This document shows, piece by piece, positions 11,358 to 22,733 of a stretch of 64,000 nucleotides of DNA (positions are counted from its first letter, which is position 1; the number at the start of each line of letters is the position of its first letter). This DNA is from Octopus sinensis (taxonomy: Eukaryota), in assembly GCF_006345805.1 (NCBI RefSeq), contig NC_043005.1, forward strand, positions 96,224,001 to 96,288,000. Direction: 5' to 3'. Made by a program: the position numbers and the translations under genes. The notes under the pieces were generated by a model that saw only the letters and a program-made list of their open reading frames with translations, searched no databases and was not told the DNA's origin.

Positions 11358-13161
11358 CTGGAAACAGAAATGAAAGATAGTGTTGCTTTTAAGAAACTGA
11401 GATATATTAAATATTGATTTCAAAATTTTGGCACACGGCCAGCAATTCCAAGGGAGGGCATTATTTTATCAACTGGCACTATTTTATCAACCCTTAAAGA
11501 ATGAAAGGCAAAGTCGACCTCGGTGGAATTTGAACTCAGAATGTAAAGACAGATGAAATGCTGTGAAACATTTTGCCCAGTGTGCTAACGATTCTGCCAG
11601 TTTGTTGCCTTGAAGATATATTAAATATTAACTTCAAATTCTGGCGGTGTTTATATGGCTTTAATTAACAAGTACAATTAATCTTGCATTAAAACACATT
11701 TGAAACAACTGCATCAGTAACACTACATTTATGTGTCTGTAAAATTGTTTGTTTATTAAGTCCATATTAGTATACTTAATTCCAGGAGTATTAAAAAAAA
11801 TATCAAATTAAAAATATGTGGCAAGGAAAGGTGAACATTAGCTCAATAGCTAATATTCATCCATTAATCTTCTACACCCAATATTCCTGGGAAGGTCATG
11901 GAGGTAGAATACTCAGACACCTCCTCCATAGGGTCCAATCAGAAGCAGCCATCCTTAGACTTTCCAACTGGATTCCAAAGTGTGACAAACTGAGACTAAA
12001 GATATTAAACAACCATTTTTTTTAGGTCTACCTGCCAGATTTTGTGGATCAAATATGAATATACCGGCATGCTGCCAGGCATAAATAAGACCACCAAAAA
12101 TTTCAATATGGAAAGGATTTGACAGAACAATCAAAGCACATCTTCTGCTGCATAATCTAACAAGGGACACATTTAGATTTTAGGTAGAAGAATCCATTTG
12201 AAAAATACATTGCAGCCTCCACCCAATGCCAGTACAACCAGCAATAAACCGGCAACTTGTTCTGGGAGGTATGTGGTGAGAACATAAAAGATGTCTCTCA
12301 GGACCCCAAAGTGGGTCCCAGAGGCAACAACTGTTCAATGACTAGTAATAATTTGTCAAGTACAGGAGATAACTCTTTTTAATATCAATTTTAGTCTTAT
12401 TAGATTTCCTCAATAAGACAAATCCTTCACTGTACCTGCTGAAGGACTAATGAAAGAATCACTAAATACACAATTAGTATATTTTAAAAATATACAGTTG
12501 CAGATATGAGTGTATAGTTAACAAGCTCACTTGACAGCTACATGATTTGGGATTTAATCCCAGTGTGAGGCACCTAAGGCAGCAAATGTCTTCTATTATA
12601 GCCCTGGGCTGACCAATGCCCTGTGAGTGGATCTGATAGATGAATACCAAAAGAAACACTTTGGGTATATATGTGTGTGTGTGTGTGTGTGTGGACGCGT
12701 CTATGTGTTTCTGTTTCCTTGCCTTGATATTTGTAAACGAGTATCACTGTCATGCAAGTGGTGTCCTTTGTTTCCAATCTTCCCTGAAAACATGTCTGGT
12801 CAAGGAAATGTAGTGCGTAGCCATTTTTGAATAATAGCGCCAATTTGTGGTAGCTGGCAATATGACGTAATGTCATATTGACGAAGAAATATGATTGTCG
12901 TTTTTCCATTGGTTAATATAACTGCTCATATAGGAATTCTAAGAATTAGTTAAAGAATATTTTTATGTGATTTTGATTCTTTAAAGTCAAGTTGAGCAGT
13001 TATAAAAACCCTGGATTTTGGGAAAAAACTTCAGTGTTTGTTGGAGAAATATTACCTTACTTGGAAACGGGGAAGAAAATTTGCTTCAACAAATCCTGCC
13101 TGACCCATTATATCATAGAAAAGTGGACATAAAAAAAGAAAAATGTTAAGAGAAAACTTAC

Positions 13162-13274
13162 TTTATTTTACAAAGCAGATGTGGACTATAAGAAACTTTT
13201 CTGCTGTCTGGTTTTTCTGCCAGCCCTATTTGGTATTTACTGTTGCAGCGTAATAACAGAAGACATTCAATTAT
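13162..13274 (-). CDS. TSC2: TSC2 exon (human exon 18 equivalent): IIECLLLLRCNSKYQIGLAEKPDSRKVSYSPHLLCKI(N)
   Basis: ttacag/gtaagt borders, 113 nt, phase 0-2. Matches FDFLLLLRADSLHRLGL...RFSPYCVC. Confidence 0.94.
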
Positions 13275-13996
13275 CTGTAACGACAAATATAAAACAGTCA
13301 ATACTTCAGTAAGTGTTTGCTTGTTGATAAATGTTGATCATTGCAATTTTATATAAATATTGTACATGTGTGTTATGTGCCTGTATCAGTGTTGTTTAAA
13401 TGAGTGCATACTTATGAATATAGCTAGTGTATGAGTGTGTGTGGAATTACTTTAAATAATTTAACTTATGAGCCAAAAAAATATATATATATATCCAGAT
13501 ACACCTTATATATACACAGTCCCCATGCCGGTGGCACATAAAAAGCACCATCCGAACATGGCCAATTCCAGCGCCGCCTTGACTGGCTCCCATGCTGGTG
13601 GCATGTAAATAGCACCATCCAATCATTGTCAATGCCAGCCAGGCCCCTGTGCCAGTGGAACGTAAAAAAAGCACCTACTACACTCTCAGAGTGGTTGATG
13701 ATAGGAAGGACATCCAGCTGTAGAAACACTGCCTGATCAGACTGGAGCCTGGTGCAGCCTCTTGGTTTCCCAGACCCCAGTCGAACTGTCCAACCCATGC
13801 CAGCATGGAAAACAGACGTTAATCAATGATGATGATGAAAATATATATACAGATATACACACCTATATACACACAGAATTTATATAACTGTAGTAATAAA
13901 ACTTATTTACTAATTAATGAGACATCATCATCATCGTTTAATGTCCGTTTTCCATGCTAGCATGGGTATAGATTAATTAATTTAACATATACTTAC

Positions 13997-14119
13997 ACTA
14001 CATCGGATTTCACCACCAGTTGTGACCAATAAAGGGTGAGAGTACTGGAACGATGCATACTGTACTAATAAATTATATATACAAAGGCAACAGCTACCCG
14101 GTGGACTGAGAATTTTAGC
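13997..14119 (-). CDS. TSC2: TSC2 exon (human exon 17 equivalent): AKILSPPGSCCLCIYNLLVQYASFQYSHPLLVTTGGEIRCS
   Basis: ttccag/gtaagt borders, 123 nt as in human. Matches [28 protein letters not shown]...SSIRLQ. Confidence 0.93.
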
Positions 14120-15095
14120 CTGGAAAATAAGAAAATAAGAAACAGATTTAAGAAATGATTTTATATTGTGAATTTAGGATGGATACAGTTAAATGTACTT
14201 AAGAAATATTTGTTTTATTTATAAAAAGAACATTTACAACTGAACTACTTTTCAAGAGGTATATTCTCCAAACATTTTCAGGTTTTGTATCATCATTATT
14301 TAACGATCAGTTTTCCATGTTTGCATAGGTTAAAAAGTATTTGTGAAGGTAGATTTCCTATGCTTGATACTGTTCCCGCTGCCAACTCTCACTTGTTTCC
14401 AAGTAAAGCAACATTTCCCATGTCCAGACATATTTCGTCCTGGAAGACTGGATACAAACACCACCTGTATGATGGTGAAGCTCATTTACAACCATCACAA
14501 GATATCAAGACATGGGAACATGCACACATACACACATAATGGATTTCTTTCAGTATCTGTCTCTCAAATTCACTCATAAGACTTTGGTCAACTTGAAGCT
14601 AAAGTAGAAACTGTACCTTTCATTTTTTTTTGGTGGTGTTGATAGTGGAGAGAAATTAAATAAAGTACCAGTCATGTACTAGGGTTGCTGGTATTGACTA
14701 GACCCCTCCCCCTCAAAACTGCTACATTTGTGCCTAAATTCGAAACAATTATTTAATTTACTAATAATGGTTTCTTATTTACAAAATGTCCCAAATATGT
14801 CAAGGGGATGTTAAACTTATTTGAAAAGCATGGAATGAACAACATCAACAATAGCTATGAGACAATTTTTCTATGGCTGGGTACCCATACTTGCCCTAGA
14901 TGTTGCACAGTAGGACCGAAACTAAGACCACATGGCTGGGAAGCAAGCTTCTGAAACACAGACCATGAGTAGTAAGCTAATGCTGTTGCACACATGACAA
15001 AAATAGTAATTTAATATTTTTCATGTGCATACAGACACACACACGTGCATACACACAGACTGTAGTGCAGGTTTTAAGAAAAACTTTGTTCTTAC

Positions 15096-15221
15096 CTTAA
15101 AAGTGTCCACCATAGCTTTCACAAGTTCTCGTGTGTCTCCCACCAAAGGGTCGTTTAAATGGTGCTTGACGTTCTGTCCCTCAATTGATTGTAACCACAA
15201 CTGAACAGGTTTCTTTATTAC
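15096..15221 (-). CDS. TSC2: TSC2 exon (human exon 16 equivalent): VIKKPVQLWLQSIEGQNVKHHLNDPLVGDTRELVKAMVDTFK
   Basis: ttgcag/gtaaga borders, 126 nt, phase 0-0. Divergent, but the C-terminal half aligns with LEDVKTAVLGLLVILQ. Confidence 0.86.
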
Positions 15222-15644
15222 CTGCAATAATTAATTCATAGGGTAACTAATAAAATAGCAATATTAACTGGCTCGGCAATCAGAAATAAGTAAATACATA
15301 ATTACAAAGAGAAAAAAAAAACTCATTTCAATGCATGGGAATCATGTAGCTTTTCTACAAGAACTTGTTCTGCCCCACCCTCCTCACATCCAATATTTTA
15401 ACCCCTCATCCCAAAGTATAAAATTGACCCCACCCCCTCAGGATTTGTAGTCTTGTGAGCTGCATGGCAACACTGACAGTGCTGGTGGCATGAAAAATGC
15501 ACATAGGACACTCCACTAAAGTGGTTGGCATTAGAAAAGGCATCCAGCTATAGAAACCATGCTCGAAGCAGACATTGGAACATGATGCAGTCCTTGGCCT
15601 CATCGGATCCTGTCAACCCATCCAACTGGATGAATCCTGCATGG

Positions 15645-16080
15645 ATCATCATCATTTACTGCCTGCTTTCCATGTTGGCATAGGTTAGATGGTTTGACCA
15701 GAACTGGTAAGCCACAGAGCTGCACCAAATTCCAGTCTGGTTTGGCATGGTTTCTATGGCTGGATGCCCTTCCTAACACCAACCACTCCAAGAGTGTAAT
15801 GGGTGCTTGTATGTGCCACCAGCACAGATGCCGGTTACGTGATACCAGCATCAGCCACGACTGTGATTTCACTTAGCGTGATGAGTCTTCTCATGCACAG
15901 CACATCACCAAAGGTCTCAGTCACTTATCATCACCTCCATGAGGTCCAACATTCAAAGATCATGCTTCAGCACCTCGTCCCATGTCTTTCTGGGTCTACC
16001 TCTTTCACAGGTTCCCTCCACAGTTAGAGATTGGCCCTTCTTTACACAGCTGTCCTCTTCAGCCACAATTACAATTTCAC
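15645..16080 (-). mobile_element. 5'-truncated RTE LINE (ORF2 end + 3' UTR)
   Basis: EDSCVKKGQSLTVEGTCERGRPRKTWDEVLKHDL followed by the common tail. Confidence 0.88.
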
Positions 16081-16725
16081 TTAGCTTGACAGGTCTCCTC
16101 AAATGATGATGACAAATGGTGAGAGTAGTGACGGCCAGAATCTTTAGAGCGTCAGACACAATGTCTTGCATTATTTCTTCTGACTCTTTATTTTCTAGGT
16201 TCAAATCCTGCCATGGTCAAGGTCAACTGTACCTTTCATTTTTTTTTTTTTTGGTGATGGTGATAGTGGAGAGAAATTAAATAAAGTACCAGTCATGTAC
16301 TAGGGTTGCTGGTATTGACTAGACCCCTTCCCATCAAAACTGCAACATTTGTGCCTAAATTCGAAACAATTATTTAATTTACTAATAATGGTTTCTTATT
16401 TACAAAATGTTCCAAATATGTCAAGGGGATGTTAAACTTATTCGAAAAGCATGGAATGTACAACAACATCAACAATAGCTATGAGATACTTTTTCTATGG
16501 CTGGGAGAGGGAGAAGAAACATTATGGCTAAAATTTCAGTGTATTTGTAGTTACTTTTCTTTGAAAGGAATGGATGACCCTTGTTCATTTTTATGTCCAC
16601 TTTTTAATGCAAGCATAGATTAGATGAATACAAGTTGAGGCCTTGTTTTTACAGCTGGATGCCTTCCTGTTATTAACCATTTCATGTTTCTTTGAATTTG
16701 CACAGTAGAAATAATTGTAACTTAC

Positions 16726-16872
16726 CCTATAAATTATTTCCAGTAAGTATTTATGATGCCGACTGTAAGGAACAATACTTAACAAGAGTTCAGCGCCAGC
16801 TTTACGTACAGCAGAATCTGGGTCAGTTTCCAAACGATGAAGAAATGTGCTCACAATTTCCACAAGTTTATC
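16726..16872 (-). CDS. TSC2: TSC2 exon (human exon 15 equivalent): DKLVEIVSTFLHRLETDPDSAVRKAGAELLLSIVPYSRHHKYLLEIIYR
   Basis: atttag/gtaagt borders, 147 nt. Matches [24 protein letters not shown]...LLDIIEK. Confidence 0.94.
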
Positions 16873-17699
16873 CTAAATCAAAGAGAAATTAATAAGAGAA
16901 TAGCTAAATTATCAAAGAATACTTTGAATTTATCAACAGAAAATTCAGAGAGTGCTAGAGTTAAATTTCTGACAAAACTCCAATCATAAGCCTATGGTCC
17001 ATAAGTCTATGGTTCTGACCATAAGTCTACAGTCCAGTTTTTTTTTTGTGTGTTTTTTGTGGGTTTTTTTTATCTTGTCTGTAACCACTTCATTATGTCT
17101 CTTAAGGCAGTAAGTTGACAGAATGGTTAGCAGACCAGACACGAATGGTTAGTGTAATTTCTTCCAGCTTTATGTTCAGAGTTAAAATTTTGCCAAGGTC
17201 AATTTGACCTTTCATTTTTTTGAGATTGATAAAATAAGTACCAGTTGAGTACTAGGGTCTGTGTAATCAACTAGCTCCATTCCCCACAAAAGGTCAGGCC
17301 TTGTGCCTATAGGAGAAAGAGTTGTATTTCTAACACTCTTAGAGAAAAGTATAAATGATGAGCAGTGTGTGCAACATTTCGTATAAACCTTTTCGCCTAC
17401 ATTGATAGCTTTATTATTTAGTTATAAATTGTTTGGCTGATCAAGTAAATCTATGATTAGTCATGACCATCCTACATAGCAGTCAAACACAGTTGCTAAA
17501 ACTAAATTACTTTTTGTGTTCGTTTTTTTTTTTAAAGACAAAAAGAATGTGATCTGAGGCAGATTTAGCTGCTATTTTTAGTGGGCCAAGCAACCATATA
17601 GAAATTTCTTCTTCGGTTCACAGCAATAATAGAAAATCTAACAGATTTTATTTTTCAATCTTAAAACTGTTTTAAAATTGAATTAAAAGTTCTTGAGAG

Positions 17700-17793
17700 A
17701 AGAGGAAGGAGAGAGGGAGAGAGAGAGGGAGAGAGAGACAGGGAGAGAGAGAGACAGACAGAGAGAGAGAGAGACAGGGAGAGAGAGAGAGAC

Positions 17794-17837
<44 letters not shown>

Positions 17838-17860
17838 AGAGAGAAAGAGAGAGAGAGAGA
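17700..17860. repeat. (GA)n/(GACA) compound microsatellite starting about 13 nt from the exon-14 donor
   Basis: Seen directly. Confidence 0.97.
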
Positions 17861-17873
17861 AACCAACACCTAC

Positions 17874-17955
17874 TTCATACATTTGACGATTGACTGATAA
17901 CACATTGGAAAGGACTTGAAGTGCCTTTATTCTGATTTCTGTACGGATTTCATGG
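17874..17955 (-). CDS. TSC2: TSC2 exon (human exon 14 equivalent): HEIRTEIRIKALQVLSNVLSVNRQMYE
   Basis: tttcag/gtaggt borders, 82 nt. Matches [27 protein letters not shown]. Confidence 0.96.
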
Positions 17956-19210
17956 CTGAAATATAAGTTTCAAAAATTAAAATTACTTTATTAAAACTAA
18001 TAATTTATGTGCAAAGTTAAACATGAGTGTGAAAAACAGGCTAAACATTAAAGGCATTAACCAATGAGTGGAATAAAGATAACTGCACTGGTTTGGGAAT
18101 GTTTAGCCCTAGGGTAACTCCTGTTCAAGCAGCTCTTTAGATCAAAGGCATCCCAGCTGTGACTATCACCATCTATTTAGTGGTATCATCATCATCATCA
18201 TCGTCGTTTAACGTCCGTTCTCCATGCTAGCATGGGTTGGACGGTTCGACCGGGGTTCTGGGAAGCCAGAAGGCTGCACCAGGCTCCAGTCTAATTTGGC
18301 AATGTTTCTACAGCTGGATGCCCTTCCTAACGCCAACCACTCCGTGAGTGTAGTGGGGGCTTTTTACGTGCTTTATCCAGGACATTATTTAATGTGGCCT
18401 TTTGTTTTTTAAAAAATGGCATGATGTGATTTGGAGGAGATTCAGTTGCCTTTTCTATGCTCCCTTATGGTTTGTGGGGTGGTGGACATGTAATGTGAAT
18501 ACGAAGTGGAACAAGTATTAGAAAGGTATCTGTTAGAGTAGTAAATCACTCAAGGAAGACTTAAGAAATGTTCGGGGCAGATAGAAGAATGCTGTGATTT
18601 ACAAATGAAAAGATGTGCAATTCAGACAAATGGCGATATGAGGTTGTTGTTGTTTTTTAGCCTCAGGACTATCCTGATCTAGCTAATCTAAGACCACAGA
18701 TTTGACCTTTCCAGCTTTGACCACTCCATTTTATTTTCAGATACAATGTATCCAGGACTACATTATCCAATATGTTCGTCTTTAGACAGCAGAGTGTCAT
18801 CTGAGAGTAATTTGGCTGCTATTTCTAGCAGATCGAGTGACCATAAAGAAGGTCCTTCATTGAATTTGTGGAAAATGTTTGCAACAGCTTTCTATTATCA
18901 GCATTTCCAAAATATGTGGCTGGTCCTACTGTGTGAGTAATCTAACAAATGGCTGTTCAGCTGTCATATATTGAAATTGATAGGCAAAAATCTAACATAT
19001 ATATATATATATAAATGGATGAATGAATTATCCTTTGTTTACCGTTAACATGGAAAATTCAATAAACCGTTACCAGGGTAGCAAAATTCACGCAAGTAAC
19101 AAGGATGTAGCGACCTATTCAAAGGTAGAAACTCCAGGTGAATGTGGAGTAATTTGTGTAGTATAAGTAAATAAATGCAGTTGAACGCAGGTGTTATTCA
19201 AATTCTTTTA

Positions 19211-19294
19211 CTTTCGACATGTTTCGAAGACGACATTGATTTTATTCCAAAGGAATAAACAGTGTAAAATAATGTGATCTTCTCATCAGGAAAG
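19211..19294 (-). ncRNA. Type I hammerhead ribozyme motif (Penelope/retrozyme-type minimal stem III, long stem II)
   Basis: Minus strand reads CUUUC-CUGAUGA-GAAGA[47 nt]UCUUC-GAAA-C-AU-G-UC-GAAAG. Features: 5-bp stem I, intact CUGANGA and GAAA core, G10.1-C11.1 pair, palindromic ACAUGU stem III, GUC cleavage triplet. Confidence 0.85.
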
Positions 19295-19369
19295 AAAGAG
19301 AACCCATCTCAAAAACAAGACGTTATAACAACTTTGATGACTGCATAAATGATAAACAGAACGCTATTA

Positions 19370-20653
19370 CGTTCAATAAGTAATGCCTCTGACCCACTTG
19401 CAGTTGTTTGATCTAGCTGAAATTTTGCATGTGCAATCATTTATATCTCTATAGAGTAAGTGGCAAATTACAGCTCTGAATTAATTATGGTTTCTGATTT
19501 ACAGGTGTTTGGACCGAGTCAAGTGTGAAATGGAGCCTGTTGAGTGTCGAGCAGTGATCCGGTTTTTGTATTTGAAAGGACGCACACCACGGGAGACTTT
19601 TGATGAAATGAAAGTAACTTATGGTGATGATGCCCCATTATATGACCTTGTAAAACGCTGGCATCGTGAATTCAAACATGGTCGGAACTCTGTGGAAACA
19701 GCTCCCAGATCTGGTCGTCCCCTTCTGCCATTGATGAGGCATCTGTCCGTCAAGTTGAGGCTGCCATTTTGGAAGATCGACGCATAATTATTCGCTAAAT
19801 AGCCCATGAGGTCAAGATTAGTACCGGGTCTGTGGAAACTATGATTCATGACCATTTGCATATGCAAAAGGTGTCTGCCAGATGGATTCCCAGGTTGCTC
19901 ACACCTTTCCAGAAGCAAGAACGCGTCGAGTGCTTGAGGGTGAATTTGGAGATGTGCCAAGAAGATGAGTCAAAATTTTTCAAAAGACTGATTACACAGG
20001 ATGAAACCTGAGTCCATCACGATGATCCAGAGACCAAAGCCCAGTCAATGCAGTGGAAGCACCGTGACTCACCCCCTCCAAAGAAGGCAAGGGTGCAGCC
20101 CTCCGCTAGCAAGGTCATGCTCACAGTCTTCTGGGACCAGGATGGAGTAGTGATGACAGATTTCCTGGCAAAGGGTACCACAATTGCAGGAGCCTATTAT
20201 GCTTCACTTTTGAGGAAATTAAGAGAAGTTATCAAAATCAAGAAGCGGGGCAAGATCAGCAAAGGCATCCTCCTCCTGCAGGATAACGCTCCAGTCCACA
20301 ACTCGCTTGTCGCCAGATCAGAAGCACAGGCGTATGGCTATGAACTCCTCCCCATCCCCCCTACTTTCCTGACCTTGCACCCTCTGATTTTCACCTCTTC
20401 CCAATCATGAAGTTGTTTTTGAAAGGAAAGCGTTTCCCAGATGATGCAGCCTTGATTTCTGAAGTCACGTTGAGGTTGGAGGACCAAGCTGGGTTCTTCT
20501 ACAAAAACAGTCTCCAGAGCCACATCAAACGATGGGAGAAATGCCTAACTCTGGGTGGTTCCTATGTAGAAAAAGACTAATAACTGTGCCAAGTTTCGTT
20601 GCTCTACTGCTATGGGAAGTGGGTCAGGGGCATTACTTATTGAACGCCCCTCG
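19370..20653 (+). mobile_element. Decayed near-full-length mariner transposon (DD34D, irritans-like TIR)
   Basis: Right TIR (reverse complement cgaggggcgttcaataagtaatgcccctgacccactt) is followed by TA. The left TIR cgttcaataagtaatgcctctgacccactt lacks the first 7 nt. About 1.28 kb long. Subfamily assignment is from recalled TIR similarity. Confidence 0.95.
19530..20580 (+). pseudogene. Mariner transposase pseudogene
   Basis: HTH region MEPVECRAVIRFL, WIPRLL, catalytic TQDET / QDNAP / YFPDLAPSD motifs, C-terminus RWEKCLTLGGSYVEKD*. Disrupted by frameshifts near 19725 and 20355 and stops at 19796-19798 and 20009-20011. Confidence 0.94.
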
Positions 20654-21712
20654 TATATATATGAGTAGCACTTGTTTAGTTTAATTTTACTTATTTCTTT
20701 TATAGTATAGTCCCACCCATGCTAGCATGGAAGGCATATGTTAAACGATGATGATGATGACGACGACAATGGTGGTGGTGGTGGTTATGATGATGATGAA
20801 AGTAAAGACCCCGTGTTTTTTCATGTTGGTATAGCTTGATGGGTCTGTTGAGTCTGCAATACCTGTCATATCTCTGCAATCCCAGAGGGAAGCTAAATGC
20901 TGATAACAGAAAATTGTTGCAGACATTTGTCATAAACTCAATAACCAACATACCACAGGATTTTCTGTTAGGGTTCCCCATTTCTTGGGTTAGTAGCTTT
21001 TCCTACCACCTTGGTAGACTAATTAGAAACTTCTAAGATCTCATGCACACACACCACCACCACCAGCATCCTCCTCCTCCCCCTCATCATCATGATTTAA
21101 AGTCTGCCTACCTATTTTTTTACTACCCACAAGAGGCTAAACACTGAGAGGACAAACAAGGACAGACAAACAGATTAAGTCGATTACATCGACCCCAGTG
21201 CGTAACTGGTACTTAATTTATCGACCCTGAAAGGATGAAAGGCAAAGTCGACCTCGGCGGAATTTGAACTCAGAACATAACGGCAGACAAAATACAGCTA
21301 TGCATTTCACCCGGCGTGCTAACGATTCTGCCAGCTCACCACCTTTTATAAACATTATCATCATCATCATCAAACATCTGTATTCCATACAGGCATGGGT
21401 TTGATGGTTTGACAGGATCCAACAGGCTAGAAGACTCGCTGAGCTTCAATGTCTGTTTTGACATGGTTTTTATGACTTGATACCATTCCTAATAACAATC
21501 ACTTCACAGTGTGTACTGAGTGCTTTTTTCGTATCACTAGCACTAGTGAGGTCACCAGGTAACTTGCAAGACAAGGCCCTTGATTGAGGTGAGGAAATGC
21601 AGTATTGAGGCAGGTGGCTTTGTGCCAGGTGTTGAGAGATAAGAGTATGTTAGAAGGGTAGAAAACAGGTGTCTCACTGTAGAAGAAATACATGGCTTAG
21701 AAAAAAAAATAC

Positions 21713-21816
21713 CTAAAATATTTCTCTAAAAGTTGCTGAAGGTTTTCTATCCAATTCTCTTCTCCAGGATGTAGACTTTCAGCTGTATGATCTATCAAAG
21801 ATATTACAGATGCTGC
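21713..21816 (-). CDS. TSC2: TSC2 exon (human exon 13 equivalent): AASVISLIDHTAESLHPGEENWIENLQQLLEKYF(S)
   Basis: ttgcag/gtattt borders, 104 nt. Matches [34 protein letters not shown]. Confidence 0.96.
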
Positions 21817-22589
21817 CTGCAAAAAAATGGATAACAATGATTAGAATTTAAAGAATAAAGAAGATTTTGGGTGGGACTGTAAAAAAAAACAACTTTTATA
21901 ACAATTCTATAAGATTCTACAACAATGTACAAGAATTAAGAACATTACTAACAACAAGATTTATTTTTTTAAATAAATCTTAAATCTTTTAGAACTTTTA
22001 CTGACTTTAGACATTTGACTACGGCCATGCTGGAACACTGCCTTCAAAGATTTGTCTGGAATTTACTTTAACCAGAATATAACCAAATTTTCATAAACAC
22101 GTTCTGCTACACTACTCCAACACACACAAACAAACAAACAATGAGCTACTGCACAGTGTACTCTGAAAATTTAAGCCATAAGCTTGTGGTTTTGATTCAA
22201 GGCAGTGGTAAGATCAGATTCATTGCCAAGGTGCTAAGCAGTGAGACTGAACCTGAAACCATGTGATTGTGAAGTGAATTTGTTAACCATACAGCTATGC
22301 TTTGATTCTATAACAAATTGTCAGCAATAACAACATTGTAAAGACTATTGAAAAGTCAAGACTATTTAAAAGGTTGCAAGACGCAACGAAAGTTTTAGGA
22401 AAATAAAAATAAGAAAAATGTGGAAATTTTACCGGTGAGTGTGTTACATAATAAGGCACAAAAAGAAAATGACTCTCCCCAGACACAACAGAATATGCTT
22501 CAACACACGAACTCATATAAAGAATCTTGCAAACCAAATCGAAACATTGTAAAAGAAATTACTGATTTATTTTTAAAGAAGCGACTTAC

Positions 22590-22733
22590 AGGTCTTTTTG
22601 TTGCACAAGATTCTATAATACAAAATAACTTAGTCGTAGAGCCACTGTAAAGTCGATGTAGTTGAAGAGTTTCGATATCTGTCAAAATACTGTGTAAGCT
22701 TTCTTCCATAGACACTTGGCTTGGCGGAGACCA
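22590..22733 (-). CDS. TSC2: TSC2 exon (human exon 12 equivalent): WSPPSQVSMEESLHSILTDIETLQLHRLYSGSTTKLFCIIESCATKRP
   Basis: tttcag/gtaagt borders, 144 nt. Matches [36 protein letters not shown]. Confidence 0.95.

Noticed and set aside
11830-12350. Possible retroelement RT remnant on the plus strand
   Set aside because: Similarity is too weak to name a family without a profile search.
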